From Candidatus Deferrimicrobium sp. (GTDB lineage: Bacteria > Desulfobacterota > Deferrimicrobia > Deferrimicrobiales > Deferrimicrobiaceae), in the NCBI GenBank assembly GCA_049664185.1, contig JBATEU010000236.1, positions 1 to 58,183 on the forward strand: a stretch of DNA of 58,183 bases, written 5' to 3'. Made by a program: the position numbers and the translations under genes. Each line of letters starts with the position of its first letter. Positions within the stretch are counted from its first letter, which is position 1. Of the stretch, positions 18,413 to 26,779 are shown piece by piece. The notes beneath the pieces are model-generated. The model saw only the letters and a list, made by a program, of their open reading frames with translations. It did not search any database and had not been told where the DNA came from.

Positions 18413-20142
18413 GCGGCAAACGGATCGGCGCCTTCATCTGCCACTGCGGGGGGAACATCTCCGACTACGTCGACGAGGAGAAGGTCCGCGCCGCGGCGGA
18501 GAAGGAATCCGGGGTCGCGGTGGCCAAGACGTTCCTCTTCGCCTGTTCGGAGGCCGCCCAGCAGGAGATGATCCGGATCCTCCAGGAGGAGAAGCTCGAC
18601 GGCATCGTGATCGCCTCCTGCTCCCCGAAGCTCCACCTCGCCACCTTCCGCGCCATGGCGCAGCGGTCCGGGTTGAATCCATACATGTACACCCAGGTCA
18701 ACATCCGGGAGCAGTGCTCCTGGGCGCACCGGCACGAACGGGAAGAGGCCACCGGGAAGGCGGTCCACCTCGTGCGGGCGGGGGTCGCGCGGACAAGGCT
18801 CGGGGTGCCGCTGACCGATCTCCGGATCGGGACGACTCCCGCGGCGCTGGTCGTCGGGGCGGGGGTGGCGGGGATGCGGGCGGCTCTTGCGCTCTCCGAC
18901 ATCGGGATGGCGGTGTACGTGGTGGAACGCGCCGCGGAGGTCGGTGGACGGGTCCCCCTGTGGGGGAGGATGTTTCCCAACGACCGGGAAGGGGCGGAGA
19001 TGATCGGGACCCTGCTCCAGTCGATCCGGGGCCGGGAGGGGATCACCCTCTTCACGGACGCCGAGGTGGTCGGGAAAAGCGGCAGCGTCGGGGACTTCAC
19101 CGTCAAGGTTCAAGTACGGGCCGCGGAGGAGATCGCGCTGCACGTCGGGGCGATCGTGGTCGCCACGGGGTTCGACCCGTACGCCCCGAAGGCGGGGGAG
19201 TTCGGTTACGGGCTCCCGGGCGTCGTCACGCTGCCGGAGTTCCGGGAACTTCTGGCCGGTGCCGGCGGGAAACTCCGGCATGGAGACCGGGAGGTCCGGA
19301 ACATCGTCTATGTCTACTGCGTCGGCAGCCGCCAGGCGGCCACGGAGGTGCACCCCTCCCCGAACCTGTACTGTTCCCGGTTCTGCTGCACGGCGGCGGT
19401 CCACACCGCCCTCCTGGCCAACGGGATCGATGGCGGCGTCAACCAGTATCACCTCTACCGCGACATGCGGACCTACGGGAAAAGCGAGATCCTCTTCGAG
19501 GAGGCGGGGCGGAAAGGGTCCGTCTTCGTCCGGTACGCCGACGACGCTCCCCCCGTGGTGGAGCGTCCGGACGGCGACCTGCTCGTCCGTGTACGGGACG
19601 GCCTCCTCGGCGGCGAGGAGATCGGGATCCCGGCGGACCTCGTTGTCCTGGTCACGGGGATGGTGCCCCGGGAGAACGCGAATCTCGTGAACGTGCTGAA
19701 GCTCCCGATCGACGCGGGGGGCTTCTTCAACGAGATCCATCCCAAACTGCGCCCCGTGGAGACGGTCATCGACGGCGTCTTCATCGCAGGGGCCGCCCAG
19801 GGGCCCAAGACGCTCGCCGAGAGCGTGGCATCCTCGATGGCGGCGGTCTCCAAGGGAGCGGCGCTGCTGCTCAAAGGGTACGTCGATCTTCCCCCCCTTG
19901 TCGCCAAGGTCGACACGGAACGGTGCGCCTGGTGCGGGGAGTGCGAAAAGACGTGCCCCTACGACGGGGCGGTCGAGAAGGTGCGGCAGGGGGAGAAGGA
20001 GGTCGCCTGCGTCCACCCCGCGCTTTGCAAGGGGTGCGGCGGGTGCGTTCCCGTCTGCCCCGTGGAGGCGATCGACCTGGAGGGATACACCAACGCACAG
20101 GTGAAGGCGATGATCGACGCGCTGGTCCGGGAGGCGGTGTGA
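18409..20142 (+). CDS. hdrA: HdrA/QmoA-like FAD and FeS oxidoreductase
   Basis: 577 aa. The ATG overlaps the upstream stop (ATGA). It has the N-terminal CHCGGNIS motif, VVGAGVAGM FAD fold, CVGSR…CSRFCC motif and a C-terminal 2x[4Fe-4S] ferredoxin domain (CAWCGECEKTCP, CKGCGGCVPVCP). Confidence 0.85.
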   Translation: MSGKRIGAFICHCGGNISDYVDEEKVRAAAEKESGVAVAKTFLFACSEAAQQEMIRILQEEKLDGIVIASCSPKLHLATFRAMAQRSGLNPYMYTQVNIREQCSWAHRHEREEATGKAVHLVRAGVARTRLGVPLTDLRIGTTPAALVVGAGVAGMRAALALSDIGMAVYVVERAAEVGGRVPLWGRMFPNDREGAEMIGTLLQSIRGREGITLFTDAEVVGKSGSVGDFTVKVQVRAAEEIALHVGAIVVATGFDPYAPKAGEFGYGLPGVVTLPEFRELLAGAGGKLRHGDREVRNIVYVYCVGSRQAATEVHPSPNLYCSRFCCTAAVHTALLANGIDGGVNQYHLYRDMRTYGKSEILFEEAGRKGSVFVRYADDAPPVVERPDGDLLVRVRDGLLGGEEIGIPADLVVLVTGMVPRENANLVNVLKLPIDAGGFFNEIHPKLRPVETVIDGVFIAGAAQGPKTLAESVASSMAAVSKGAALLLKGYVDLPPLVAKVDTERCAWCGECEKTCPYDGAVEKVRQGEKEVACVHPALCKGCGGCVPVCPVEAIDLEGYTNAQVKAMIDALVREAV

Positions 20143-20384
20143 TGGCGGACGAACGGAGACGGGACCCTTCCGAGGCGATGCGGGACGAGATGGTCATGAA
20201 GGGGAAGATCGCGTCCCTCCTTCGCGAGGAACCCAGGACCATTCCGGAGATCGCCGAGGCGCTGCGGTGCCCGGCCCGCGAGGTCACCCTCTGGGTGATG
20301 GCCCTTCGGCGGTACGGCGTCCTGGAAGAGATGCCGAAGGCGAAGGCGGACGATTACTACCGGTACAAGCCGGCACGGGAATAG
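20142..20384 (+). CDS. Small winged-helix-like protein embedded in the hdr operon (hypothetical)
   Basis: 80 aa. Its ATG shares one nt with the hdrA stop (TGATG) and the next gene starts 9 nt after its stop. IASLLREEPRTIPEIAEALRCPAREVTLWVMALRRYGVLEE resembles a wHTH. Confidence 0.6.
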   Translation: MADERRRDPSEAMRDEMVMKGKIASLLREEPRTIPEIAEALRCPAREVTLWVMALRRYGVLEEMPKAKADDYYRYKPARE

Positions 20385-20393
20385 GAGGCGGGG

Positions 20394-21527
20394 ATGGCGT
20401 ATCGCGTCGAACCCGGGCTGTACCGGGATGTCGCGAAGTTCGGCGGCGGCGACATCACGACCTGCATGAACTGCGGCAACTGCACGGCCGCCTGTCCCCA
20501 GTCCGCGGAGACCGGTGGTTTCCCGCGCCGGATGATCCATCTCCTGCAGGTGGGGCACAGAGGGAAGCTCGCCGGATCCCTCGAACCGTGGCTCTGCTAC
20601 TACTGCGGCGAATGCTCCGACACCTGCCCACGGGATGCGAACCCCGCCGAGACCATGATGGCGGCCCGCCGGTACCTCACGGGGATGTACGATTGGACGG
20701 GCCTGGGGAAGAAGTTCTACGCCTCCCCGGCGTGGGAGATCGGGGCGATCGGACTGGTCGGCCTGTTCGTCGTCGCCCTCTTCGCCCTCTTTCACGGTCC
20801 CGTGGTGACGGACCACGTGGAGCTCAACACCTTCGCCCCCGTGAAATGGGTCGAGATCGGCGACTGGATCCTGGGCGGCATCCTGGCCATTCTCCTTCTA
20901 TCGAACGGATGGCGCATGTACCGCCGGGTGACAGGCTCCTGGAAGGGAGTCCGCATCCCCGCCTCGATGTTCCTCCGGAAGGCACCCGCATTTTTCGGGC
21001 ACTTCGCGACGCAGAAAAAGTGGCGGGAATGCGAAGGACCGAAGACCCGGTGGCTCAAGCATTTCCTTCTGGTCACCGGGTACGTCACGATGATGGCGCT
21101 CGTCATCGTGTTCCTGCGGTGGTTCCAGACCGACGAGATCGTCCCCCTCTATCACCCGACCCGCCTGTTCGGGTACTACGCCACGGCGGCCCTGTTGTAC
21201 GTCACCGTCGATTTCCTTGCGGGCCGCCTGAGGAAACGCGACGCGATCCATAAATTCTCCGAGCCCACCGACTGGGTGTTCCTGATCCTCCTGTTCCTGG
21301 TGGCGCTCACCGGGATCCTGGTGCACGTGTTCCGTCTCGGGGGCCTTCCCCTCGCGACCTATTCCACGTACGTGATCCACCTTGCCATCGTGGTGCCGAT
21401 GCTGGTCGTCGAGGTGCCCTTCGGCAAGTGGGGGCACATGTTCTACCGGCCCTTCGCGGCCTATCTGGCCGCGGTGCGGCAGGGGGGGGCGGAGATCGCC
21501 GCCCGGGAAACAGAACGCGCGGCGTGA
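20394..21527 (+). CDS. QmoC-like membrane subunit: HdrC-like 2x[4Fe-4S] domain fused to an HdrE/NarI/DsrM-like multi-TM (haem b type) domain
   Basis: N-terminal CMNCGNCTAACP and CYYCGECSDTCP motifs are followed by about 5-6 hydrophobic helices with conserved His residues (HLAIVVPM…KWGHMFYRP). Confidence 0.8.
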   Translation: MAYRVEPGLYRDVAKFGGGDITTCMNCGNCTAACPQSAETGGFPRRMIHLLQVGHRGKLAGSLEPWLCYYCGECSDTCPRDANPAETMMAARRYLTGMYDWTGLGKKFYASPAWEIGAIGLVGLFVVALFALFHGPVVTDHVELNTFAPVKWVEIGDWILGGILAILLLSNGWRMYRRVTGSWKGVRIPASMFLRKAPAFFGHFATQKKWRECEGPKTRWLKHFLLVTGYVTMMALVIVFLRWFQTDEIVPLYHPTRLFGYYATAALLYVTVDFLAGRLRKRDAIHKFSEPTDWVFLILLFLVALTGILVHVFRLGGLPLATYSTYVIHLAIVVPMLVVEVPFGKWGHMFYRPFAAYLAAVRQGGAEIAARETERAA

Positions 21528-21590
21528 GACCGGGCGCACCCCCCGGAAATCGCATGCCGTTGTTCCACACATTCCACAAGGAGGGTTGAC

Positions 21591-21965
21591 ATGGCAGAAG
21601 GAAAAGAGGAGAAGATCGTCGTCATCGGCACACACGGCGGGGAGGACCCCGATCGGGCGACCTTGCCGTTCGTGGTCGCGAACGCCGCGCTGGCCATGGA
21701 CGTCAAGACCACCGTCATCCTGCAGGGGAACGCGGTGACGCTGGCGGTGAAGGGAGCCGGCGAGAACGTCCAGGGGATCGGCTTCCCCCCCCTGAAGGAC
21801 CTGATCGCGAGTTATTTCGCCCAGGGGGGGCAGATCCTTCTCTGCACGCCCTGCGTCAAGGGCCGGAACATCGCCCCGGAGACATTGGTAAGTAGCTCGT
21901 CCCTGGTCGCCGCGGCCCGGGTCGTCCAGGAGTGCCTCGAGGCGAAGGCCGTCCTGAACTACTGA
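21591..21965 (+). CDS. Cytoplasmic DsrE/DsrF-like sulfur-relay family protein
   Basis: 124 aa. KIVVIGTHGGEDPDRATLPFVVANAALAMD…LLCTPCVKGR is a typical DsrE-fold pattern with a conserved Cys. Confidence 0.8.
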   Translation: MAEGKEEKIVVIGTHGGEDPDRATLPFVVANAALAMDVKTTVILQGNAVTLAVKGAGENVQGIGFPPLKDLIASYFAQGGQILLCTPCVKGRNIAPETLVSSSSLVAAARVVQECLEAKAVLNY

Positions 21966-22024
21966 CGTTCCCGGCGTGGGGTCCGTCCGGATCCCGCGGG
22001 AGAAAGGACGAAAAACGGTACGGG

Positions 22025-22060
22025 AACGGGGAGCTCCCCCCATGGGGAGTTCCCCGTTTT
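22025..22060 (+). terminator. Rho-independent terminator after the hdr/dsrE cluster
   Basis: 15-bp stem AACGGGGAGCTCCCC / GGGGAGTTCCCCGTT (one G-U), 4-nt loop, ending in a TTTT run. Confidence 0.6.
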
Positions 22061-22215
22061 CATATCAATTTCCGGGGGACCCATGACGGTGGACGCATAT
22101 CGGGATTACTCGACAACTTGGCTCCTTCCGGATCTTCCGTTCGGAATATGGACGGGGAGTACACAACCGTCATATACTGGTGCCGGGTGATCCCAGGCCG
22201 GCGCCGGAGGATGGC

Positions 22216-23787
22216 ATGTCCTTCCTGAAGTCCCGGTATGAATCGATCCGAAGCGGTGCCGAAATCGCGGATATCGGGTTCTTTCTCCTGCGGATCGTCG
22301 CCCTTGCCGGTGCCATCGCATGGCTCGTGGCCACCCGCGCGTCCCGGGAAACGGCGGCAACGTTCCTCCGGATCTCTCTTTTCTTCGTCGCGTACGGCCT
22401 GCTGATCTACGCCCTCCTGCTCTACCGGTTCGAGAGGAAGAAGGAGATTTACCGGCTGTCTCTCCTTTTTGACCTCGTGTTCGTCGGTCTCCTGATCGTC
22501 CACTCGGGGGGGGTCGCCAGCAGTTTCTTCATAGGGTTCTACCTCCTCACGGCCCTCCACGCGTTTTATTACGGCTATCGCAGCGGGCTCGCGACGGCCG
22601 CTTTATGCGCGGTCGCTTACCTGGTCGCCGGTCTCCGCGTCTCGGTCATCGAGCCGGTCGACTTTCTCCTGCGCACCACCTTCCTTTTTCTGATCGGTCT
22701 GCCCATCGGACTTCTGTCGGGGATCCTCCGGAAGGACAAGGAACAGATCGGGGCGCTCAACCGGGAGCTCGTCCAGTCCATCGAGACGATGCGCCTGCTC
22801 CAGGGAAAGCTCGTGGAGGCGGAGAAGCTCTCCGCCCTGGGGCGATTCACGGCCGAAGTGGCCCACGAAATCCGCAACCCGCTGACGGCCATCGGAGGAT
22901 TCGCCAAGCGCCTCGAGAAGCGCCTCCCGGGGGGCACGCGGGAACGGGACGATGCGGGAATCATCGTGGCCGAGGTGGCGCGCCTCGAGCGGATCCTGAA
23001 GGACACGCTGACCTTCTCGCACGAGACGAGGACCCGCCTCGCCTACGTGGACATGAACGACGCCGTCGCCCTGGCGGAGCGGGATTTCGCCGACGCGTGC
23101 AGGGAGAAGGGGATATCGCTCGAGATCCGGCCGGACCCGTCCCTGCCCTTCTGCGTCGCGGATCGGGAGCAGGTCCGACAGGCCCTTGCGAACCTCGTGA
23201 TGAACGCCATCGACGCGATGGAGGCGGGAGGGGGGCTGACGATTTCCACCCGGACGGCGTGCGACAACGGGGTCCGCTCCATCACGATCGACGTCGCCGA
23301 CACGGGGCCGGGAATCCCCGCGGATCTCGCCGACCGGATCTTCGAGCCCTTCTATTCCACGAAAAAGATCGGTCACGGCACGGGGCTCGGCCTCTCCATC
23401 TGCAAGAAAATCATGGAGGAGCACCGGGGATGGGTGCAGATGACCACTTCCCCCGGCAAGGGCTCGGTGTTCAGCCTTCAATTCCCGTTTCTCCCGCCGG
23501 AGGAGACCTTCAAGGTGCAGTGCTGGGAAGCGATGCGTTGCGGCATGGAGAAGATCGAGGGCGTGGAGGGTCGATGCCCTGCCTACCCGAACTTCGGCCG
23601 CATCTGCTGGTCGGTGGCCGGTACGTTCTCGGAGACGAAGGTCCAGGGCATCGCGGCCCAAAAGCTCGGAGACTGCCGGAAGTGCCCGTTCTACATAACG
23701 ATCCAGCCGACATGCGATCCGCCCCCATCGACCGCCGAGCCGTACGAGGCCCACCGCCGCCATCTCCTCCCGGGGAAGTCCGCGTGA
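22216..23787 (+). CDS. Membrane sensor histidine kinase with a C-terminal Cys-rich two-CW-like domain
   Basis: It has several N-terminal TM helices, a coiled coil, an H-box EVAHEIRNPLTAI, N-box NLVMNAIDAM, and G-boxes DTGPGIP and GTGLGLSI. The tail is CWEAMRCG…CPAYPNFGRICWSVAG…CRKCPFY. The start could be 22180. Confidence 0.85.
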   Translation: MSFLKSRYESIRSGAEIADIGFFLLRIVALAGAIAWLVATRASRETAATFLRISLFFVAYGLLIYALLLYRFERKKEIYRLSLLFDLVFVGLLIVHSGGVASSFFIGFYLLTALHAFYYGYRSGLATAALCAVAYLVAGLRVSVIEPVDFLLRTTFLFLIGLPIGLLSGILRKDKEQIGALNRELVQSIETMRLLQGKLVEAEKLSALGRFTAEVAHEIRNPLTAIGGFAKRLEKRLPGGTRERDDAGIIVAEVARLERILKDTLTFSHETRTRLAYVDMNDAVALAERDFADACREKGISLEIRPDPSLPFCVADREQVRQALANLVMNAIDAMEAGGGLTISTRTACDNGVRSITIDVADTGPGIPADLADRIFEPFYSTKKIGHGTGLGLSICKKIMEEHRGWVQMTTSPGKGSVFSLQFPFLPPEETFKVQCWEAMRCGMEKIEGVEGRCPAYPNFGRICWSVAGTFSETKVQGIAAQKLGDCRKCPFYITIQPTCDPPPSTAEPYEAHRRHLLPGKSA

Positions 23788-24038
23788 TGGCCGCTTCCAC
23801 GCAATCGAAACGGAAGCGCTTCCACCAATAATTTCCTGATAGACAATTCGTAATTATGAATAATAATATGTCGCTACATTTATCTTTTGCCGTTACTGTT
23901 GATGAAACGGCAGGAAACGGAGGGAGGATGAGCGACATGTTCCACAGGATGGGAAAGGAGGTGAGCGGGTAAAAATTCCATGCCGGCCCCGTGAAGGCAG
24001 TGCGTGTTTCGAAAACAGGAAGTCCTTGAGAGGAGGAT

Positions 24039-25313
24039 ATGGTGAAACAACGCAACGGAATGCTCTTCATGATCGCGGTTGCCCTATGTGTTCCCTTGTT
24101 TTTCGCCGGGTGCGGAAGCAGCGACGACAATGCGGCTTCGAATGGGACCCCGGGGGGGGCCGGATCGGTCATCGGCACGACCCCGACGCCAAGCGCCGAC
24201 CTCCAGGAGATCGCCGCGCGAGTGAATGCCGTCCTGGCCCTCGGCTACAACACGACGAACCCCGACGCGGTAATGAAACAGCTGAGCGGTCTGGACAACA
24301 CCAAGGCCGCGGGTGCCCTCTTCGTGGTCGATACCCGGGAGCCCGCGGATTTCGACAGGGGGCACATCCCCGGCGCCGTCAACATACCGCTCCAGTCGCT
24401 CCCGCAGGCCCTGCTCGACAATACCTCCGGGATCCCGATGGACAAAGAGGTCGTCGTGGCTTCCTACTGGGGCAACGACGGCAACATGGCCAGTCTTCTG
24501 ATCAACATCTATCGCGTCGCCGATCCGGCGAACCCCGGAAGCTACCCAAAATCCACGGCGATTTTCGGCGGGATGACCGCGTGGTCGTTCAACCGGCTGC
24601 TGGTTCCATCGAAAACGCGCTTCGACGACGCGCTCGGCGTGGTCACCGTGCAGAAAGCCACGGAAACCACCGCGCACCCCGGCGTGGTCAAGGGCGCGTT
24701 CCCGAACTTCGCGGCCTTCACGGATACCGGCGTGGTGAACAAGATCCTGGTGCGGGCCACGAACTACCTGAACTCCGTGCCCACCCAGTTCGACCTGCAG
24801 ATGTATCCGAAAGCCCTGTCGGACAACCTCGAAGACGGAAATACCGCGAATGACCCTCAAATCATCAGCGTCCGATCCGGGCCCCACTACGCGGGCGGGC
24901 ACATCCCGGGCGCCATCAACATTCCGTACCAGCAGGCCGCCAACCTTGAAAACCAGACGAAGTTCGTGGACCCCTCGAAACCGGTGGCCGTTTACTGCTA
25001 CACCGGGCACACCGGATCGTTGGCCGCCATGGCCCTCGGCATCCTGGGGTACAACGCGAAGGATATCCTTTGGGGGATAAACGGCTGGAGCACCACGGTG
25101 CTCGGATCCGGCCAGCTGATCGCCTACGATCTGAACAAGAGCTGGGACTTCCCCCTGCACAACTGGGGCAGCGGCATCGACAATCTGGCCGCCTACACCC
25201 CCCCGTCCACCGGTTGCCAGGGGTGCCACACGAGCCTGACGGCCATCACCACCGAACTGTGGAAATTCCCGGCGGCAGGTGCGGTAACCGCACCCTCGTC
25301 GGGCGAAGGGTGA
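24039..25313 (+). CDS. Lipoprotein with two rhodanese-like domains and a terminal CxxCH haem motif; probably the N-terminal part of a longer protein (see 25332-26663)
   Basis: It has a lipobox LFFAGC. The first rhodanese domain lacks the catalytic Cys (ASYWGNDGN) and the second has it (VYCYTGHTG). CQGCH lies about 30 residues before the TGA stop. A strong GAGAGGAGGA RBS precedes the start. Confidence 0.8.
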   Translation: MVKQRNGMLFMIAVALCVPLFFAGCGSSDDNAASNGTPGGAGSVIGTTPTPSADLQEIAARVNAVLALGYNTTNPDAVMKQLSGLDNTKAAGALFVVDTREPADFDRGHIPGAVNIPLQSLPQALLDNTSGIPMDKEVVVASYWGNDGNMASLLINIYRVADPANPGSYPKSTAIFGGMTAWSFNRLLVPSKTRFDDALGVVTVQKATETTAHPGVVKGAFPNFAAFTDTGVVNKILVRATNYLNSVPTQFDLQMYPKALSDNLEDGNTANDPQIISVRSGPHYAGGHIPGAINIPYQQAANLENQTKFVDPSKPVAVYCYTGHTGSLAAMALGILGYNAKDILWGINGWSTTVLGSGQLIAYDLNKSWDFPLHNWGSGIDNLAAYTPPSTGCQGCHTSLTAITTELWKFPAAGAVTAPSSGEG

Positions 25314-25323
25314 GGCGGAACCG

Positions 25324-25343
25324 TTGCGTCCGTGCCGACGCAA
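25324..25343 (+). promoter_or_regulatory. SECIS-like hairpin 10 nt downstream of the TGA at 25311-25313
   Basis: Perfect 7-bp stem TTGCGTC/GACGCAA with a 6-nt loop CGTGCC. The apical loop lies 18-23 nt after the UGA. Confidence 0.4.
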
Positions 25344-26663
25344 AGAAAGATCTGGGTGTACAACGGACTGATCGAGCAGTATCCCGATAACTACCTCGCG
25401 ACAATTCATGGGTCCCAGGCATGCACCACGTGCCATGGCGGCAACGACAATGTCTCCACCAGGGCCTTGGCGCACACCGGGACGTGGGCAGCCATCCCCG
25501 GGTCCGACAAGTGCGGTGCGTGCCATGCCGCCATCGTCGCCTCGAGCGACAATAGCCTGCACACCACCCTGGGAGGGTATGTGAAATCCCTGGGCGACCG
25601 GGGGTTCGATTTCAACGGCCCCACCCAGGCCGCGCGTTTTACCGAGCAATGCACGAAGTGCCACGTTGCGAACAGCAGCGGAAAGGGAGCCTGCGGCTTC
25701 TGCCATGTCTCCGTTCCGACAACGGCGGGGGGCGGATTCCTGAACGGACACAACTTCCGATTTACTCCCGATATGGACCGCAACTGCACCGCGTGCCACG
25801 GGAGCCGGGTGAAGGACGAGTTCTACGGACTGAACAACGCGCTGATCACGAGAAACGGCCTGGGACTGGCGCCTGTGCAGCCGGATGTCCATTTCGCCCG
25901 GGCACAGGTGGTCGACATCGCCACCGGCCTCCCGAAGGGGTGCGCTTTCTGTCACAGCGGAAACGAGATGCATGGAGCGGGTGCACCCTCTCCGGCGGGA
26001 AGCGGCGGCAGGTATGACATCGCCGGCACTCCGAAGTGCACCGACTGCCACGCAGGCACGACGGGTGCGAACCCGCTTCACTCCTCCGGGCATCTGGCCA
26101 CCATGGATTGCCAGATCTGCCACGCTCAGCCCTACAAGAACTGTTTCGGCTGTCATACCGACGTCGATGTGGGGAAAAGCAATCTTCCCTTCTATAGAAG
26201 CAATGAGGGAGATCCGACGCTCGCGGTCCGTCCGGAGGGATCGGCGCCGGACGCGCTCATGACCTTCCGGATCGGGAAAAATCCGCTATGGCTGGGGACG
26301 GGGGACACGGGGAACAAGAAGTACGCCGTGCTTCGCCATGCCCCCGTGGACAAGGACCTGTTCCGGTACCCTCTGGCCGGCCCTGTCGACGGGCTCCTTC
26401 CCAACATGACGGCCCGGTCGACGTGGCGGTATGCCACTCCGCACAACATCCAAAGGAACTCGCTCGGGGCGACTTCCTCCTTTGCGTCCTTCAACGTGGC
26501 GAACTGCGGGAATTGCCACGGGGCGACGTATGCCGAGCACTGGCTTACCGACCCGGCACTCGACGCCAAGGGATGGCTGCAGCCCGCCTACCAGGCGGAC
26601 GAACAGGCCGCAAACGGCAGCGTGGTCCAACCCACCCCTCCAATTCCGTTGGCCTCGCCTTAG
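25332..26663 (+). CDS. Decahaem c-type cytochrome segment with no signal peptide of its own; in frame with 24039-25313 across one TGA
   Basis: It has ten CxxCH motifs (CTTCH, CGACH, CTKCH, CGFCH, CTACH, CAFCH, CTDCH, CQICH, CFGCH, CGNCH). The predicted GTG start lies in the hairpin loop. The N-terminus MPTQRKIWVYNG is not a signal peptide. Confidence 0.75.
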   Translation: MPTQRKIWVYNGLIEQYPDNYLATIHGSQACTTCHGGNDNVSTRALAHTGTWAAIPGSDKCGACHAAIVASSDNSLHTTLGGYVKSLGDRGFDFNGPTQAARFTEQCTKCHVANSSGKGACGFCHVSVPTTAGGGFLNGHNFRFTPDMDRNCTACHGSRVKDEFYGLNNALITRNGLGLAPVQPDVHFARAQVVDIATGLPKGCAFCHSGNEMHGAGAPSPAGSGGRYDIAGTPKCTDCHAGTTGANPLHSSGHLATMDCQICHAQPYKNCFGCHTDVDVGKSNLPFYRSNEGDPTLAVRPEGSAPDALMTFRIGKNPLWLGTGDTGNKKYAVLRHAPVDKDLFRYPLAGPVDGLLPNMTARSTWRYATPHNIQRNSLGATSSFASFNVANCGNCHGATYAEHWLTDPALDAKGWLQPAYQADEQAANGSVVQPTPPIPLASP

Positions 26664-26688
26664 CCGAGATCACCGGAAACGATCGATC

Positions 26689-26723
26689 GGACGGAGCCCG
26701 GGGGAAACCCCCCGGGCTCCGTC
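26689..26723. terminator. Bidirectional hairpin terminator between convergent cytochrome and dsrE-like genes
   Basis: Perfect 16-bp stem GGACGGAGCCCGGGGG / CCCCCGGGCTCCGTCC with a 3-nt loop, followed by ATTT. Confidence 0.7.
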
Positions 26724-26779
26724 CATTTCATGGCAAGGAGGGTTGGCGAATTGAATTTAATTCTTAAAGCAAAGCGGGG

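Noticed and set aside
23790-24038. Sigma54 (-24/-12) promoters upstream of the rhodanese-cytochrome gene, and upstream of the octahaem gene (29310-29361)
   Set aside because: An activator remnant lies nearby, but I found no TGGCAC-N5-TTGC-like element with correct GG/GC spacing. There is only an AT-rich tract with no clear motif.
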